The notes beneath the pieces are model-generated. The model saw only the letters and a list, made by a program, of their open reading frames with translations, did no database searches and had not been told where the DNA came from. Shown here in pieces: positions 51,051 through 58,031 of a DNA stretch of 59,055 bases. A program made the position numbers and the translations under genes. Each line of letters starts with the position of its first letter. Positions within the stretch are counted from its first letter, which is position 1. The stretch comes from a virus (taxonomy: Duplodnaviria; Caudoviricetes). The DNA is taken from the IMG/VR virus record IMGVR_UViG_3300037961_006162, positions 1 through 59,055 of that record; one strand, written 5' to 3'.

Positions 51051-51723
51051 TCTCTGACCTAAGATTGTGAGATACAAATTCTTTAATATACCGAACTAAT
51101 AATTTAATATAATCCCCTTTGTTTCTTTTGTCAAATACTTTGACTTCACCACCAGGAGTAACCATCAAAGTGATAAGTTTTTTGATCGGGATTCCTGTCA
51201 ATTCATAATATGCAGCCGCATAGAACATTTCTTGGACGAAGTAGTTTTCAATCCACTTCTCAGGTTTAATCTTTTCAGATGTTTTAAAGTCAATGACTGC
51301 AAGTTCTCCTTCGTACTCTGCGATGCAGTCAACTCTACCAGCTAGTCCAAGGTACTCAGAGTAAAGAGTACGTTCGATTGCGTGAATATTATTTATCTTA
51401 TCTAGTTCTGGTTTCAAATGATAAAACATGAACTTAGATGCTGGAAGATAATTATTCCAATCAAGTTCTTTATTCAACAAATAATCTTGTGCTACTTCAT
51501 GAAAGTCAGTACCACGGGTAGTGGCTTTCTTAGTAATACGATTTGCTTCTTCAATACCAACACGCTTACGCCAGTCAACAAAAATCTGTCGATTATAGAA
51601 AGAAGTGACAGACGTAATAGAAGGCACCCAGTCTCCATTTGGAAGGTTATAGAGACGGATGCCTTGTTGTTCTTTTTTGTTTAGTTCAAGATCACCGAGA
51701 TAATTATGATGAATAAAACTCAT
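51040..51723 (-). CDS. PD-(D/E)XK exonuclease
   Basis: PSITSV, RGT.FH, AGRVDCIA, IDFKTS, Q...YA. Confidence 0.85.
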   Translation of the reverse strand: MSFIHHNYLGDLELNKKEQQGIRLYNLPNGDWVPSITSVTSFYNRQIFVDWRKRVGIEEANRITKKATTRGTDFHEVAQDYLLNKELDWNNYLPASKFMFYHLKPELDKINNIHAIERTLYSEYLGLAGRVDCIAEYEGELAVIDFKTSEKIKPEKWIENYFVQEMFYAAAYYELTGIPIKKLITLMVTPGGEVKVFDKRNKGDYIKLLVRYIKEFVSHNLRSENGE

Positions 51724-52475
51724 AGATTCATTTCCATTTTAGCAAGTAGATATTCTTTAACAAGACCAGAACGAACGATATCTTCTACTCCAAATTCAAC
51801 AATGTCAACCGAAGGCATGACTCGAAGAATCTTCATGAAGTCAGCAATGCCATTCTTTTCTCTATCCTTTACCAAGTCAGATTGAGTAGCATCACCACAG
51901 AACATAATCTTACTGTTCTCACCAATCCTCGTAATTATACTATCAAGTTCGTGATAGTTCAAGTTCTGAAACTCATCAACAATAACAATAGCATTGTCAA
52001 GAGTTGTGCCACGAATAAAGCTTGTAGACCAAAAACTAATTGTTCCTTGAGTTTTGAGATTGCCATAAAGCATTTCAAAATCAGTTTCTGTTGGCATCTC
52101 AAACATGTACTTCACCATATTCTTATATGGAATCTGATACAGTGAAGACTTGTCTTCATGATCCCCAGGAAGAAAACCAATCTCTCTAGTGGCCACAAGC
52201 GACCTGACGATGTAGATTTTCTCATATGGAGTCTTTACATCTAAGACATCTCTGATGGCATTGTACAGGGTAATAAAAGTCTTACCCGTACCTGCACATC
52301 CATAAGCAACTAGATTTTGATCATTCTTATAACATCTAAAAAGTTCCTCCTGATTCTGAGTCAGGGGTTCTATTTGTTTGATAAGATCTAAATTGATCGG
52401 TTTCTTTCTTTTCATATGCTTGGTACTCATCCCAAATGGGACAATTGGTGTTTGAGTCTTTCTTTTTGCGGGCAT
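51720..52475 (-). CDS. phoH: PhoH family ATPase
   Basis: GCAGTGKT, IGFLPG, RGTTLD, DEFQN, GDATQSD, DIVRSG. Confidence 0.93.
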   Translation of the reverse strand: MPAKRKTQTPIVPFGMSTKHMKRKKPINLDLIKQIEPLTQNQEELFRCYKNDQNLVAYGCAGTGKTFITLYNAIRDVLDVKTPYEKIYIVRSLVATREIGFLPGDHEDKSSLYQIPYKNMVKYMFEMPTETDFEMLYGNLKTQGTISFWSTSFIRGTTLDNAIVIVDEFQNLNYHELDSIITRIGENSKIMFCGDATQSDLVKDREKNGIADFMKILRVMPSVDIVEFGVEDIVRSGLVKEYLLAKMEMNL

Positions 52476-52490
52476 AAGTTGAGTTTAGAT

Positions 52491-52742
52491 TTAGAAGGAG
52501 TAGTCGCGGTTTTTCCGAACCGTGGCACCCGGTTGTTTGGATGCACGGTCCAGAACTTCATTCCAACCGCTAGACTTTGCTTCTCCTGTCCACCTAAACT
52601 CTGTATCTACTCCAGCACATCCTTGTGACCAGTCCTTATCCCACTCTGGGTTTTCTTCTTTCCATTCAGCATACTGCTTCATGGTCATATTGAGAGTTTT
52701 TGTTTCTTTCGTCTTTTTATTAATAACGGGGTACGTTGGCAT
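52491..52742 (-). CDS. Conserved small T4-like protein (FmdB-like start MPTY)
   Basis: MPTYPV...GWNEVL; position between thyX and phoH. Confidence 0.6.
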   Translation of the reverse strand: MPTYPVINKKTKETKTLNMTMKQYAEWKEENPEWDKDWSQGCAGVDTEFRWTGEAKSSGWNEVLDRASKQPGATVRKNRDYSF

Positions 52743-52769
52743 AAACGTTCAATCCTTTTCTAGTATTTA

Positions 52770-53420
52770 TTAAATCCATTCCATTGCTTCTGCAACGGCA
52801 GGAAACTGTTCGATAAAAATCTTCTTTGCACCTAGAGCAATGTCCATGTGCTCCTTCTGTGTGCCGTTTGCAGAGCGCAATTCGATATAATGAAGCCATG
52901 AACGCACAGAACCCGTCATGTAGATTCTAGTGGGCGTGGCTAGTGGCAGAACGAACCTAGCACACTCCTTTGCAATTTCAGCATCAAGCATTTCTTTGTA
53001 GAGTTTCATTCCCTCGTCAAAGTGCTTTTGCATTTTGATCTGGAACTCTTGACGGACAAACGGGTCAATATCATCAATAGAATTCTGACGATTCTTGGTG
53101 TCTTGACGCCGTAGTTCAGGTAGAGGGATCGTCTCCGCGAGTAGGGAAGAGTCAGCATAGCGTTGTGAAAATTCTTGATATGTGAAACTACGATGCCGGA
53201 GCACTTGAGCCGCTACCCCCCTGGTAGTATTGATCTCCAGGGTCATGAATGCTTGCTCAAAGATGCTCCAGTGCTGGTGCTTCACACAATACTTAAGCAG
53301 TCCAGAGAACTTCTCATTCTCCTGGTTATTGGGGTTAGAGACACGAGCACAATAAGCCATGTGCTTCTCTGCATCAGGTGTTACGCTGATAAGTTTAGTC
53401 AGGGTATCCGTCATCGTCAT
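52770..53420 (-). CDS. thyX: Flavin-dependent thymidylate synthase
   Basis: HWSIFE, QVLRHRSFTYQEFSQRY, ECARFVLP, TQKEH; start set at MTMTD. Confidence 0.93.
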   Translation of the reverse strand: MTMTDTLTKLISVTPDAEKHMAYCARVSNPNNQENEKFSGLLKYCVKHQHWSIFEQAFMTLEINTTRGVAAQVLRHRSFTYQEFSQRYADSSLLAETIPLPELRRQDTKNRQNSIDDIDPFVRQEFQIKMQKHFDEGMKLYKEMLDAEIAKECARFVLPLATPTRIYMTGSVRSWLHYIELRSANGTQKEHMDIALGAKKIFIEQFPAVAEAMEWI

Positions 53421-53571
53421 AAAATACTTCGTCGTAATCTGAAATGTGTGGTGCGATTTGATCGTACTCCATTGGTTTGTATGCATCTACATCAGAGTAT
53501 ACCTCTGACTTTAGACATTCTACTAGAGACTCAAGGTTTCTGACAATCAGCTTGAGCTTTTCTTTTTCCAT
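53395..53571 (-). CDS. Small acidic hypothetical protein (58 aa)
   Basis: Hand translation MEKEKLKLIVRNLESLVECLKSEVYSDVDAYK...DDDGYPD; directly after a sigma70 promoter. Confidence 0.7.
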   Translation of the reverse strand: MEKEKLKLIVRNLESLVECLKSEVYSDVDAYKPMEYDQIAPHISDYDEVFYDDDGYPD

Positions 53572-53594
53572 GGTTATTATCGCTGACAGAGCTA

Positions 53595-53630
53595 ATTATA
53601 GACAAAAAAAGAAGGGTAGTCAACCCTCCT
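53595..53630 (-). promoter_or_regulatory. sigma70 promoter overlapping an intrinsic terminator
   Basis: TTGACT-N17-TATAAT; the -35 sits in the loop of GAGGGT-TGACT-ACCCTT followed by C and T7. Confidence 0.7.
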
Positions 53631-53636
53631 TAAAGA

Positions 53637-53819
53637 CTATTTTAAAATCTCCCGACATACTCGTTTACATGTTGCTTGGTCGTTATCACACTCGATTAAG
53701 CAATTGTAATAATCATTAAGTAAATCAGATTCCTCCATACTTTTGTCTAATGTTTTTCCCAATCTCACTACACTTTGTTTCCATCCAGCTAATTGATTAT
53801 GCGATAATAGATTATGCAT
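53637..53819 (-). CDS. Small Cys-rich protein of picocyanobacterial type
   Basis: MHNLLSHNQLAGW...DYYNCLIECDNDQATCKRVC; GGAGG SD. Confidence 0.7.
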   Translation of the reverse strand: MHNLLSHNQLAGWKQSVVRLGKTLDKSMEESDLLNDYYNCLIECDNDQATCKRVCREILK

Positions 53820-53970
53820 AATGTCCTCCAATAGTTAGTTTTTCAACTCATAATACAAGTCGATTTTTTTTCAGACCACTTTACTATTCTCCAATTCTAT
53901 CACTATATATGAAAAATGTGCTGATTTACACAAAAATTATTAAACTTTTCTTTCTTTTTTACATAGGTAT

Positions 53971-53998
53971 AAAAAAAGAGAGGTTTCTCAACCTCTCT
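53971..53998 (-). terminator. Rho-independent terminator of the riboswitch unit
   Basis: AGAGAGGTT-GAGA-AACCTCTCT followed by a T run. Confidence 0.85.
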
Positions 53999-54002
53999 CG
54001 TA

Positions 54003-54095
54003 TTATTTGGTGAGAACTTTAATCTCTCCATATATCAATGAAAGGAATGCTACAGAACCAAGGGATACGATCCCAGCAATTTGTAGTGCTTCCAT
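54003..54095 (-). CDS. 30-aa single-pass membrane peptide
   Basis: Hand translation MEALQIAGIVSLGSVAFLSLIYGEIKVLTK; starts 1 nt after the upstream stop. Confidence 0.6.
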   Translation of the reverse strand: MEALQIAGIVSLGSVAFLSLIYGEIKVLTK

Positions 54096-54096
54096 A

Positions 54097-54261
54097 TCAC
54101 TTTACGTAAGTGCGACCACGATAGCAGTAGGTGCCGTGAGTTTCCTCAGGTGCCTCATGCACTTTGCAATCAACTCCACGATACTTAGTAACATGGATTT
54201 GTGCGTCGTGCAATGCTGCTGCCTTGTCGATTTGCTTTTTGATGAGTGTAAGGGTGTTCAT
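54097..54261 (-). CDS. DUF4278-like small protein (two YRG motifs)
   Basis: Hand translation MNTLTLIKKQIDKAAALHDAQIHVTKYRGVDCKVHEAPEETHGTYCYRGRTYVK; AGGAG SD at 54270-54274. Confidence 0.78.
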   Translation of the reverse strand: MNTLTLIKKQIDKAAALHDAQIHVTKYRGVDCKVHEAPEETHGTYCYRGRTYVK

Positions 54262-54298
54262 TTGTTTTACTCCTGAAATACTAGGGTGAATTAACTCC

Positions 54299-54480
54299 CG
54301 TTCCTTCAGTCGTTTGCGTCCCAGTTACATTCAGGTGTTGCTTCTTGAATTACTTCAATAAGCTCAACCTTGACTTGATTTTCCATATTCTGATTAGTAT
54401 CAATACGACTGATTATCTCAGCAGCATCAGTACAAACAATACCAGAATAAAGTAACAATTTAAATAACATGGGATGAACG
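54299..54480 (-). ncRNA. Glutamine riboswitch-like aptamer 2 (Downstream-peptide/glnA type) with ~137-nt P2 loop
   Basis: 5' CGTTCATCCC ... 3' GGGACGCAAACGACTGAAGGAACGGG; P1 CGTTC/GAACG; P2 TCCCA(T)GTTA/TAACTGGGA; upstream of a DUF4278-like ORF. Confidence 0.75.
54306..54470 (-). CDS. 54-aa ORF nested in aptamer 2
   Basis: Hand translation MLFKLLLYSGIVCTDAAEIISRIDTNQNMENQVKVELIEVIQEATPECNWDAND; GGAG 10 nt upstream. Confidence 0.7.
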   Translation of the reverse strand: MLFKLLLYSGIVCTDAAEIISRIDTNQNMENQVKVELIEVIQEATPECNWDAND

Positions 54481-54483
54481 CTC

Positions 54484-54718
54484 CGTTCCGCGACTTACTT
54501 GCGTCCTATGTTAGCACACTATCACACTTTCCATCAACCTTCGTTCTAAAATAACCTATAAGGTTATATTTTGTACGACGATCCAAGTTGTCGTCCATAA
54601 GGACTTCAACTCGTTTCTGGAGGAACCTTTCACACGACATATGCCATCCATAAGGAGTGCCGTCTGCATGATGGGCAAGATTCAGTGCCAACAGTAGTGC
54701 TAACATGTTGGATGAACG
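54484..54718 (-). ncRNA. Glutamine riboswitch-like aptamer 1 with ~179-nt P2 loop
   Basis: 5' CGTTCATCC ... 3' GGACGCAAGTAAGTCGCGGAACGG; perfect 10-bp long-range stem ATGTTAGCAC/GTGCTAACAT. Confidence 0.7.
54506..54706 (-). CDS. 66-aa ORF nested in aptamer 1 (signal-peptide-like N-terminus, 2 Cys)
   Basis: MLALLLALNLAHHADG...SCERF...GKCDSVLT; the upstream ATG at 54727 overlaps the -10 box, so the start is set at 54706. Confidence 0.7.
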   Translation of the reverse strand: MLALLLALNLAHHADGTPYGWHMSCERFLQKRVEVLMDDNLDRRTKYNLIGYFRTKVDGKCDSVLT

Positions 54719-54725
54719 TATGGCC

Positions 54726-54754
54726 ATTATAGACCGAACACATTATATAGTCAA
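54726..54754 (-). promoter_or_regulatory. sigma70 promoter whose predicted start site is at the 5' end of aptamer 1
   Basis: TTGACT-N17-TATAAT, 7 nt before CGTTCATCC. Confidence 0.82.
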
Positions 54755-54761
54755 GTAGTTT

Positions 54762-54777
54762 TGTAACTTATAATACA
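54762..54777. promoter_or_regulatory. Putative NtcA binding site
   Basis: TGTA-N8-TACA (tGTAacttataaTACa) just upstream of the -35 box. Confidence 0.6.
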
Positions 54778-54779
54778 GT

Positions 54780-55016
54780 TTACAAAAACATACCTTTCTC
54801 ACTCATGTACTGGAGAGTTTCTTTCATACTACCGATGTGCTTAAACCCAATATTAACTTGAGGATACTCAGCATCTTTACCAAACTCTGCCTCAAATCCT
54901 TTTTGGGTGAAGTGGTGATTCAATTTATACTCCAAAAAATCACCACCCAATGATTCCAAGAGTTCTGCCATACGCTGACACTCTTGACTACCGTTGCTAT
55001 AAATTACTGCTGCCAT
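54780..55016 (-). CDS. Glutaredoxin-like protein with degenerate active site
   Basis: VIYS...SQEC, YPQV.IG..HIG; single Cys. Confidence 0.65.
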   Translation of the reverse strand: MAAVIYSNGSQECQRMAELLESLGGDFLEYKLNHHFTQKGFEAEFGKDAEYPQVNIGFKHIGSMKETLQYMSEKGMFL

Positions 55017-55165
55017 TAGTCTTTATAGATAATTGAGATTTTTCTTTGTTCTTGACCTTTATGATCAACTAAAAGGGAATGATGAACTTCTGCATTCAAA
55101 AGTTCAGCAATCTTTTCCACTAAGTTATTTACTATGTTCAGCTCGGTTACCTTTTTGCCAGTCAT
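55016..55165 (-). CDS. Hypothetical protein
   Basis: Likely start MTGKKVTEL; TAATG overlap with the next gene. Confidence 0.5.
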   Translation of the reverse strand: MTGKKVTELNIVNNLVEKIAELLNAEVHHSLLVDHKGQEQRKISIIYKD

Positions 55166-55268
55166 CAATTTCTTTTTGTGTAGGGACAATAATTCGGAAG
55201 GCAAGACCTTCTTCCTCAAACTCTTCATTCATCTTTTCATATGTCTCAGGTGTGATTTTTTCAGTCAC
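55125..55268 (-). CDS. Hypothetical protein (GTG start, 47 aa)
   Basis: Hand translation MTEKITPETYEKMNEEFEEEGLAFRIIVPTQKEIDDWQKGNRAEHSK. Confidence 0.5.
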   Translation of the reverse strand: MTEKITPETYEKMNEEFEEEGLAFRIIVPTQKEIDDWQKGNRAEHSK

Positions 55269-55575
55269 GTTGCCTCCAATCATCAGGTTTATCTCTCTGA
55301 AACCAATCTACAATCTCATCTGCACCATCAAACCCCGTTTTATGATTAGATGGGTCGGGGTCTCCTAGTCCCATCTTATTCATAAAATCATCCATACTAC
55401 CTTCCTCAATATTTTGAGAGGCTTGTCGTCTTGCTTTTTGAAGCCAATCTCTTGCAAGGGTGTGTGCTTTAGCAAGTTTCTCTGCCCAAATCATATCTTC
55501 CAAGGGCACTTGTTCTTTGTTTGCGATGCATCTACAAATAGACTCTAACCTTAGTCTGTATTGAGTTGATAGCAT
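55261..55575 (-). CDS. Conserved cyanophage hypothetical protein
   Basis: MLSTQYRLRLE.IC..I...MGLGDPDP...DWRQRD. Confidence 0.75.
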   Translation of the reverse strand: MLSTQYRLRLESICRCIANKEQVPLEDMIWAEKLAKAHTLARDWLQKARRQASQNIEEGSMDDFMNKMGLGDPDPSNHKTGFDGADEIVDWFQRDKPDDWRQRD

Positions 55576-55576
55576 A

Positions 55577-55768
55577 TTAGTCCCGCAGTTTTAATTCGAG
55601 GTCTTCTAATTTGTGATACTCTGCATGTGCTCGTTCTTGACGAACACATACAATATCTAAAATATCATTAACAATTACTTGATTGTCAACATAATCATCA
55701 AGATACTTGTCAATTGCCTCTTTTAAGTATCTATACCTGTGCCACTCAGGTGAATATGGTTTATACAT
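55577..55768 (-). CDS. Hypothetical protein
   Basis: Tightly packed ORF. Confidence 0.65.
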   Translation of the reverse strand: MYKPYSPEWHRYRYLKEAIDKYLDDYVDNQVIVNDILDIVCVRQERAHAEYHKLEDLELKLRD

Positions 55769-55816
55769 GATAATAATAATACATGCTAACGATCATAATA
55801 CTATTTAATCAAGTTG

Positions 55817-56110
55817 TCAATTCAATGGTCGGCCGTGTTTATCAACTAACCCAAGTTTCTTGATCTGAGTTAAATTTGATTTTTCATTCTTTTTAATTTT
55901 CTTATATTCCTTAAGGATTTGATCAACTTGATCTTTAGATATATTGACTCTCAATTCATTTACATCTGATTCCTTATCGACAAAACCAAGTCCACTTTGT
56001 TTTGATGCCTCTACTTCAGATTCTTTTTCATCAACATAATCATTAATTACTTCTTGAATTTCATCTCGGATTAAAGAGTTTATTTGATCTCTAAGATGCT
56101 TATCATTCAT
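55817..56110 (-). CDS. Hypothetical protein
   Basis: ATGA overlap with the upstream ORF. Confidence 0.65.
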   Translation of the reverse strand: MNDKHLRDQINSLIRDEIQEVINDYVDEKESEVEASKQSGLGFVDKESDVNELRVNISKDQVDQILKEYKKIKKNEKSNLTQIKKLGLVDKHGRPLN

Positions 56111-56448
56111 TTTCTTTTCTTATCATTTTTTGATTTATTTCCCCAGAGTTTGGGATTCATTGTTCCAAACCCAAAGCCAATCTTTTGAACTGCTCCAGGA
56201 CCATACTTATCATAGTACATATCAAACAACTCTACAGTTTTTCTGCATCGAGTGAGATCAATGTGCTCTACACCATCTACAATGTACCAAATAAGTCTGG
56301 CATCATTTGGAAGAGACTTATCATTTGCTGCTTCAAGAGTAGTTTTCTCTTGCAGAATCTGGCAACAGTAATCAGAAGGATTGATTTGTACTTTATCTGC
56401 TCCAAAATCTGGCATGTCGGTTTCTTTTTCTTGTACAGCTACTGTCAT
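56107..56448 (-). CDS. Conserved cyanophage hypothetical protein
   Basis: Start MTVAVQ gives an ATGA overlap; LFDMYYDKYG...NPKLWG. Confidence 0.7.
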   Translation of the reverse strand: MTVAVQEKETDMPDFGADKVQINPSDYCCQILQEKTTLEAANDKSLPNDARLIWYIVDGVEHIDLTRCRKTVELFDMYYDKYGPGAVQKIGFGFGTMNPKLWGNKSKNDKKRK

Positions 56449-57032
56449 GAACGACCTCCCCACTGAATATCCGGATAGGCTTTTTTTACACAATCAAAAG
56501 ATATTTTATATTTATCTGTCAATTTTTTATCCTTCACTAGAATCAAAATTTCTGCTTCTTTGGGATGTAAACCTTGGAGAAGATTAATAAACATCGTTTC
56601 TCTACGAATAGTTGTGAGAGAATTATTTCCACCACGGATAAAATGGTAGAGGTTTACATATTCATTACGAAGTGATGTGCGTCCTCTGCCATCCAAGTCT
56701 TGACCTGTTGCAGACTCACCACCGTAGGCTTCCTTTTTCAAGTTTTCAGAAAGTGTTCCAGAATACACAGATTGATCTTCAGCTTCTGCATAAGGCACTT
56801 CACCTTCAGGAAGTAAAGAAACTATCGTCTCATCAAAGTTCCAAATAAAAATAGACTTTAATGATGGATGACTGTAAGTTTTTAATGTTTCAACTTTCTT
56901 TGCAATTGATCTTTGCTTTGATGCAAGTTCTAAAATCTCAAATACAAACGGGTTTGTCGGGAGAGTTTCAACCTTGATAGTTCTAGTAGACTTTGATTTA
57001 GTTGTTGTCGTCTTCTTCTTCGTCGTAGTCAT
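56445..57032 (-). CDS. Conserved T4-like hypothetical protein
   Basis: WNFD...LPEGEVPY, RRETMFI.LL.GLHP.EA..L. Confidence 0.75.
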   Translation of the reverse strand: MTTTKKKTTTTKSKSTRTIKVETLPTNPFVFEILELASKQRSIAKKVETLKTYSHPSLKSIFIWNFDETIVSLLPEGEVPYAEAEDQSVYSGTLSENLKKEAYGGESATGQDLDGRGRTSLRNEYVNLYHFIRGGNNSLTTIRRETMFINLLQGLHPKEAEILILVKDKKLTDKYKISFDCVKKAYPDIQWGGRS

Positions 57033-57222
57033 AATCGTTTTCGAATCTCACTGCTAAAATTTCGTCGGGGAAAACATTCCCATTTTCATCAAACATCTCT
57101 GGATGTGTATATGCAACATTACTAGTATATACATGTTCTTTTGCCAACCATCCTACCACACCTCCTACAAAAAACATCATGATTGAAACAAGTGTGCTGA
57201 TGGTGAGAGTTACTGCTAACAT
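56998..57222 (-). CDS. Small membrane protein
   Basis: N-terminal TM helix; HPEMFDENGN. Confidence 0.7.
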   Translation of the reverse strand: MLAVTLTISTLVSIMMFFVGGVVGWLAKEHVYTSNVAYTHPEMFDENGNVFPDEILAVRFENDYDYDEEEDDNN

Positions 57223-57241
57223 CTTTCTTTCTCCAGAGAGT

Positions 57242-57469
57242 TTATTTTTTCCTGATGTCCAAGTAAAAGTTCAGATGTAAAACAATCTCTCTACGAAGGA
57301 GGGTGACCATTTTACCAAACTTTACTTGAAAAGTTTTTGGTTTTTCTGGTGGTTTTTTCCTCCTATTACGTAACATTAATTCAATGCCCCGATTTATTTC
57401 AGGCTCTGAATTATTTAGTTTGCTTTTTGCGTCTTCCAGGTTTTCTGTCATTACTATACTTCCAGGCAT
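57242..57469 (-). CDS. Hypothetical protein (start uncertain)
   Basis: Fills the gap between neighbours; basic C-terminal part. Confidence 0.5.
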   Translation of the reverse strand: MPGSIVMTENLEDAKSKLNNSEPEINRGIELMLRNRRKKPPEKPKTFQVKFGKMVTLLRREIVLHLNFYLDIRKK

Positions 57470-57770
57470 CTTCTAAAATGCCATACAAATAATTTTTAAT
57501 TTTTCTTGCTTGTGGTTTTGGAATATGTCCATACCCTTCACGCAATTGTTTGTGCTCATTATCTTGACCACCTTTGAGATATTCATCAAGTTCTAATGTA
57601 AGATCACTAATCTCTGCAGCTGTGGTGCTTTCAATGAAAGCATCAATCTCATGCTTTTTAGTTTTAGTTGCCTTGAGATAATCATAAAACTTTAAATTCA
57701 TTTGTCCCTCAAAGGCATTATCGATTGCATGTTCAATAAGATCATAGATGTCGATGAGGTTTTGTTCCAT
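57411..57770 (-). CDS. Conserved cyanophage hypothetical protein
   Basis: QLREGYGHIPKPQARKI. Confidence 0.7.
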   Translation of the reverse strand: MEQNLIDIYDLIEHAIDNAFEGQMNLKFYDYLKATKTKKHEIDAFIESTTAAEISDLTLELDEYLKGGQDNEHKQLREGYGHIPKPQARKIKNYLYGILEDAWKYSNDRKPGRRKKQTK

Positions 57771-58006
57771 TAGACTAAATTTTGCTCCCGCAAATACTTA
57801 ACAGTTTCAGTGCATCCGCCAATCATTTTATCATCAAGGATTACTTGTGGAAATGTTGATCCTTGACCAAATTTATCATAAAACTCAGTTCTGTCAAAGT
57901 CAGTGCCAAGTTTATAAACAACGTGCTTCAATTCAGCCAATTCTAGGACTTGTTTAACCTTTGTGCAATAAGGACAACCATTCCTTGAGTATACGGTAAA
58001 TGTCAT
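57770..58006 (-). CDS. nrdC: Glutaredoxin
   Basis: CPYC active site, TFPQV, IGGC. Confidence 0.88.
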   Translation of the reverse strand: MTFTVYSRNGCPYCTKVKQVLELAELKHVVYKLGTDFDRTEFYDKFGQGSTFPQVILDDKMIGGCTETVKYLREQNLV

Positions 58007-58031
58007 GATAATTAAAAAAATATTTTAAAGA

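Noticed and set aside
51040-51723. Cas4-like nuclease with a CRISPR mini-array
   Set aside because: It lacks the four-Cys cluster, no repeat-spacer array is visible, and it sits at the usual core position next to phoH.
53421-53486. N-terminal extension of ThyX in the ORF track
   Set aside because: It overlaps a better-supported 58-aa ORF in another frame; ThyX homology begins near MTDTLTKL.
54707-54727. Upstream ATG giving the 73-aa version of the nested ORF
   Set aside because: The ATG overlaps the -10 box and lies upstream of the predicted start site.
54780-55016. Degenerate glutaredoxin as part of the riboswitch unit
   Set aside because: It lies upstream of the NtcA box and promoter and belongs to the preceding gene run; no link can be shown from sequence.
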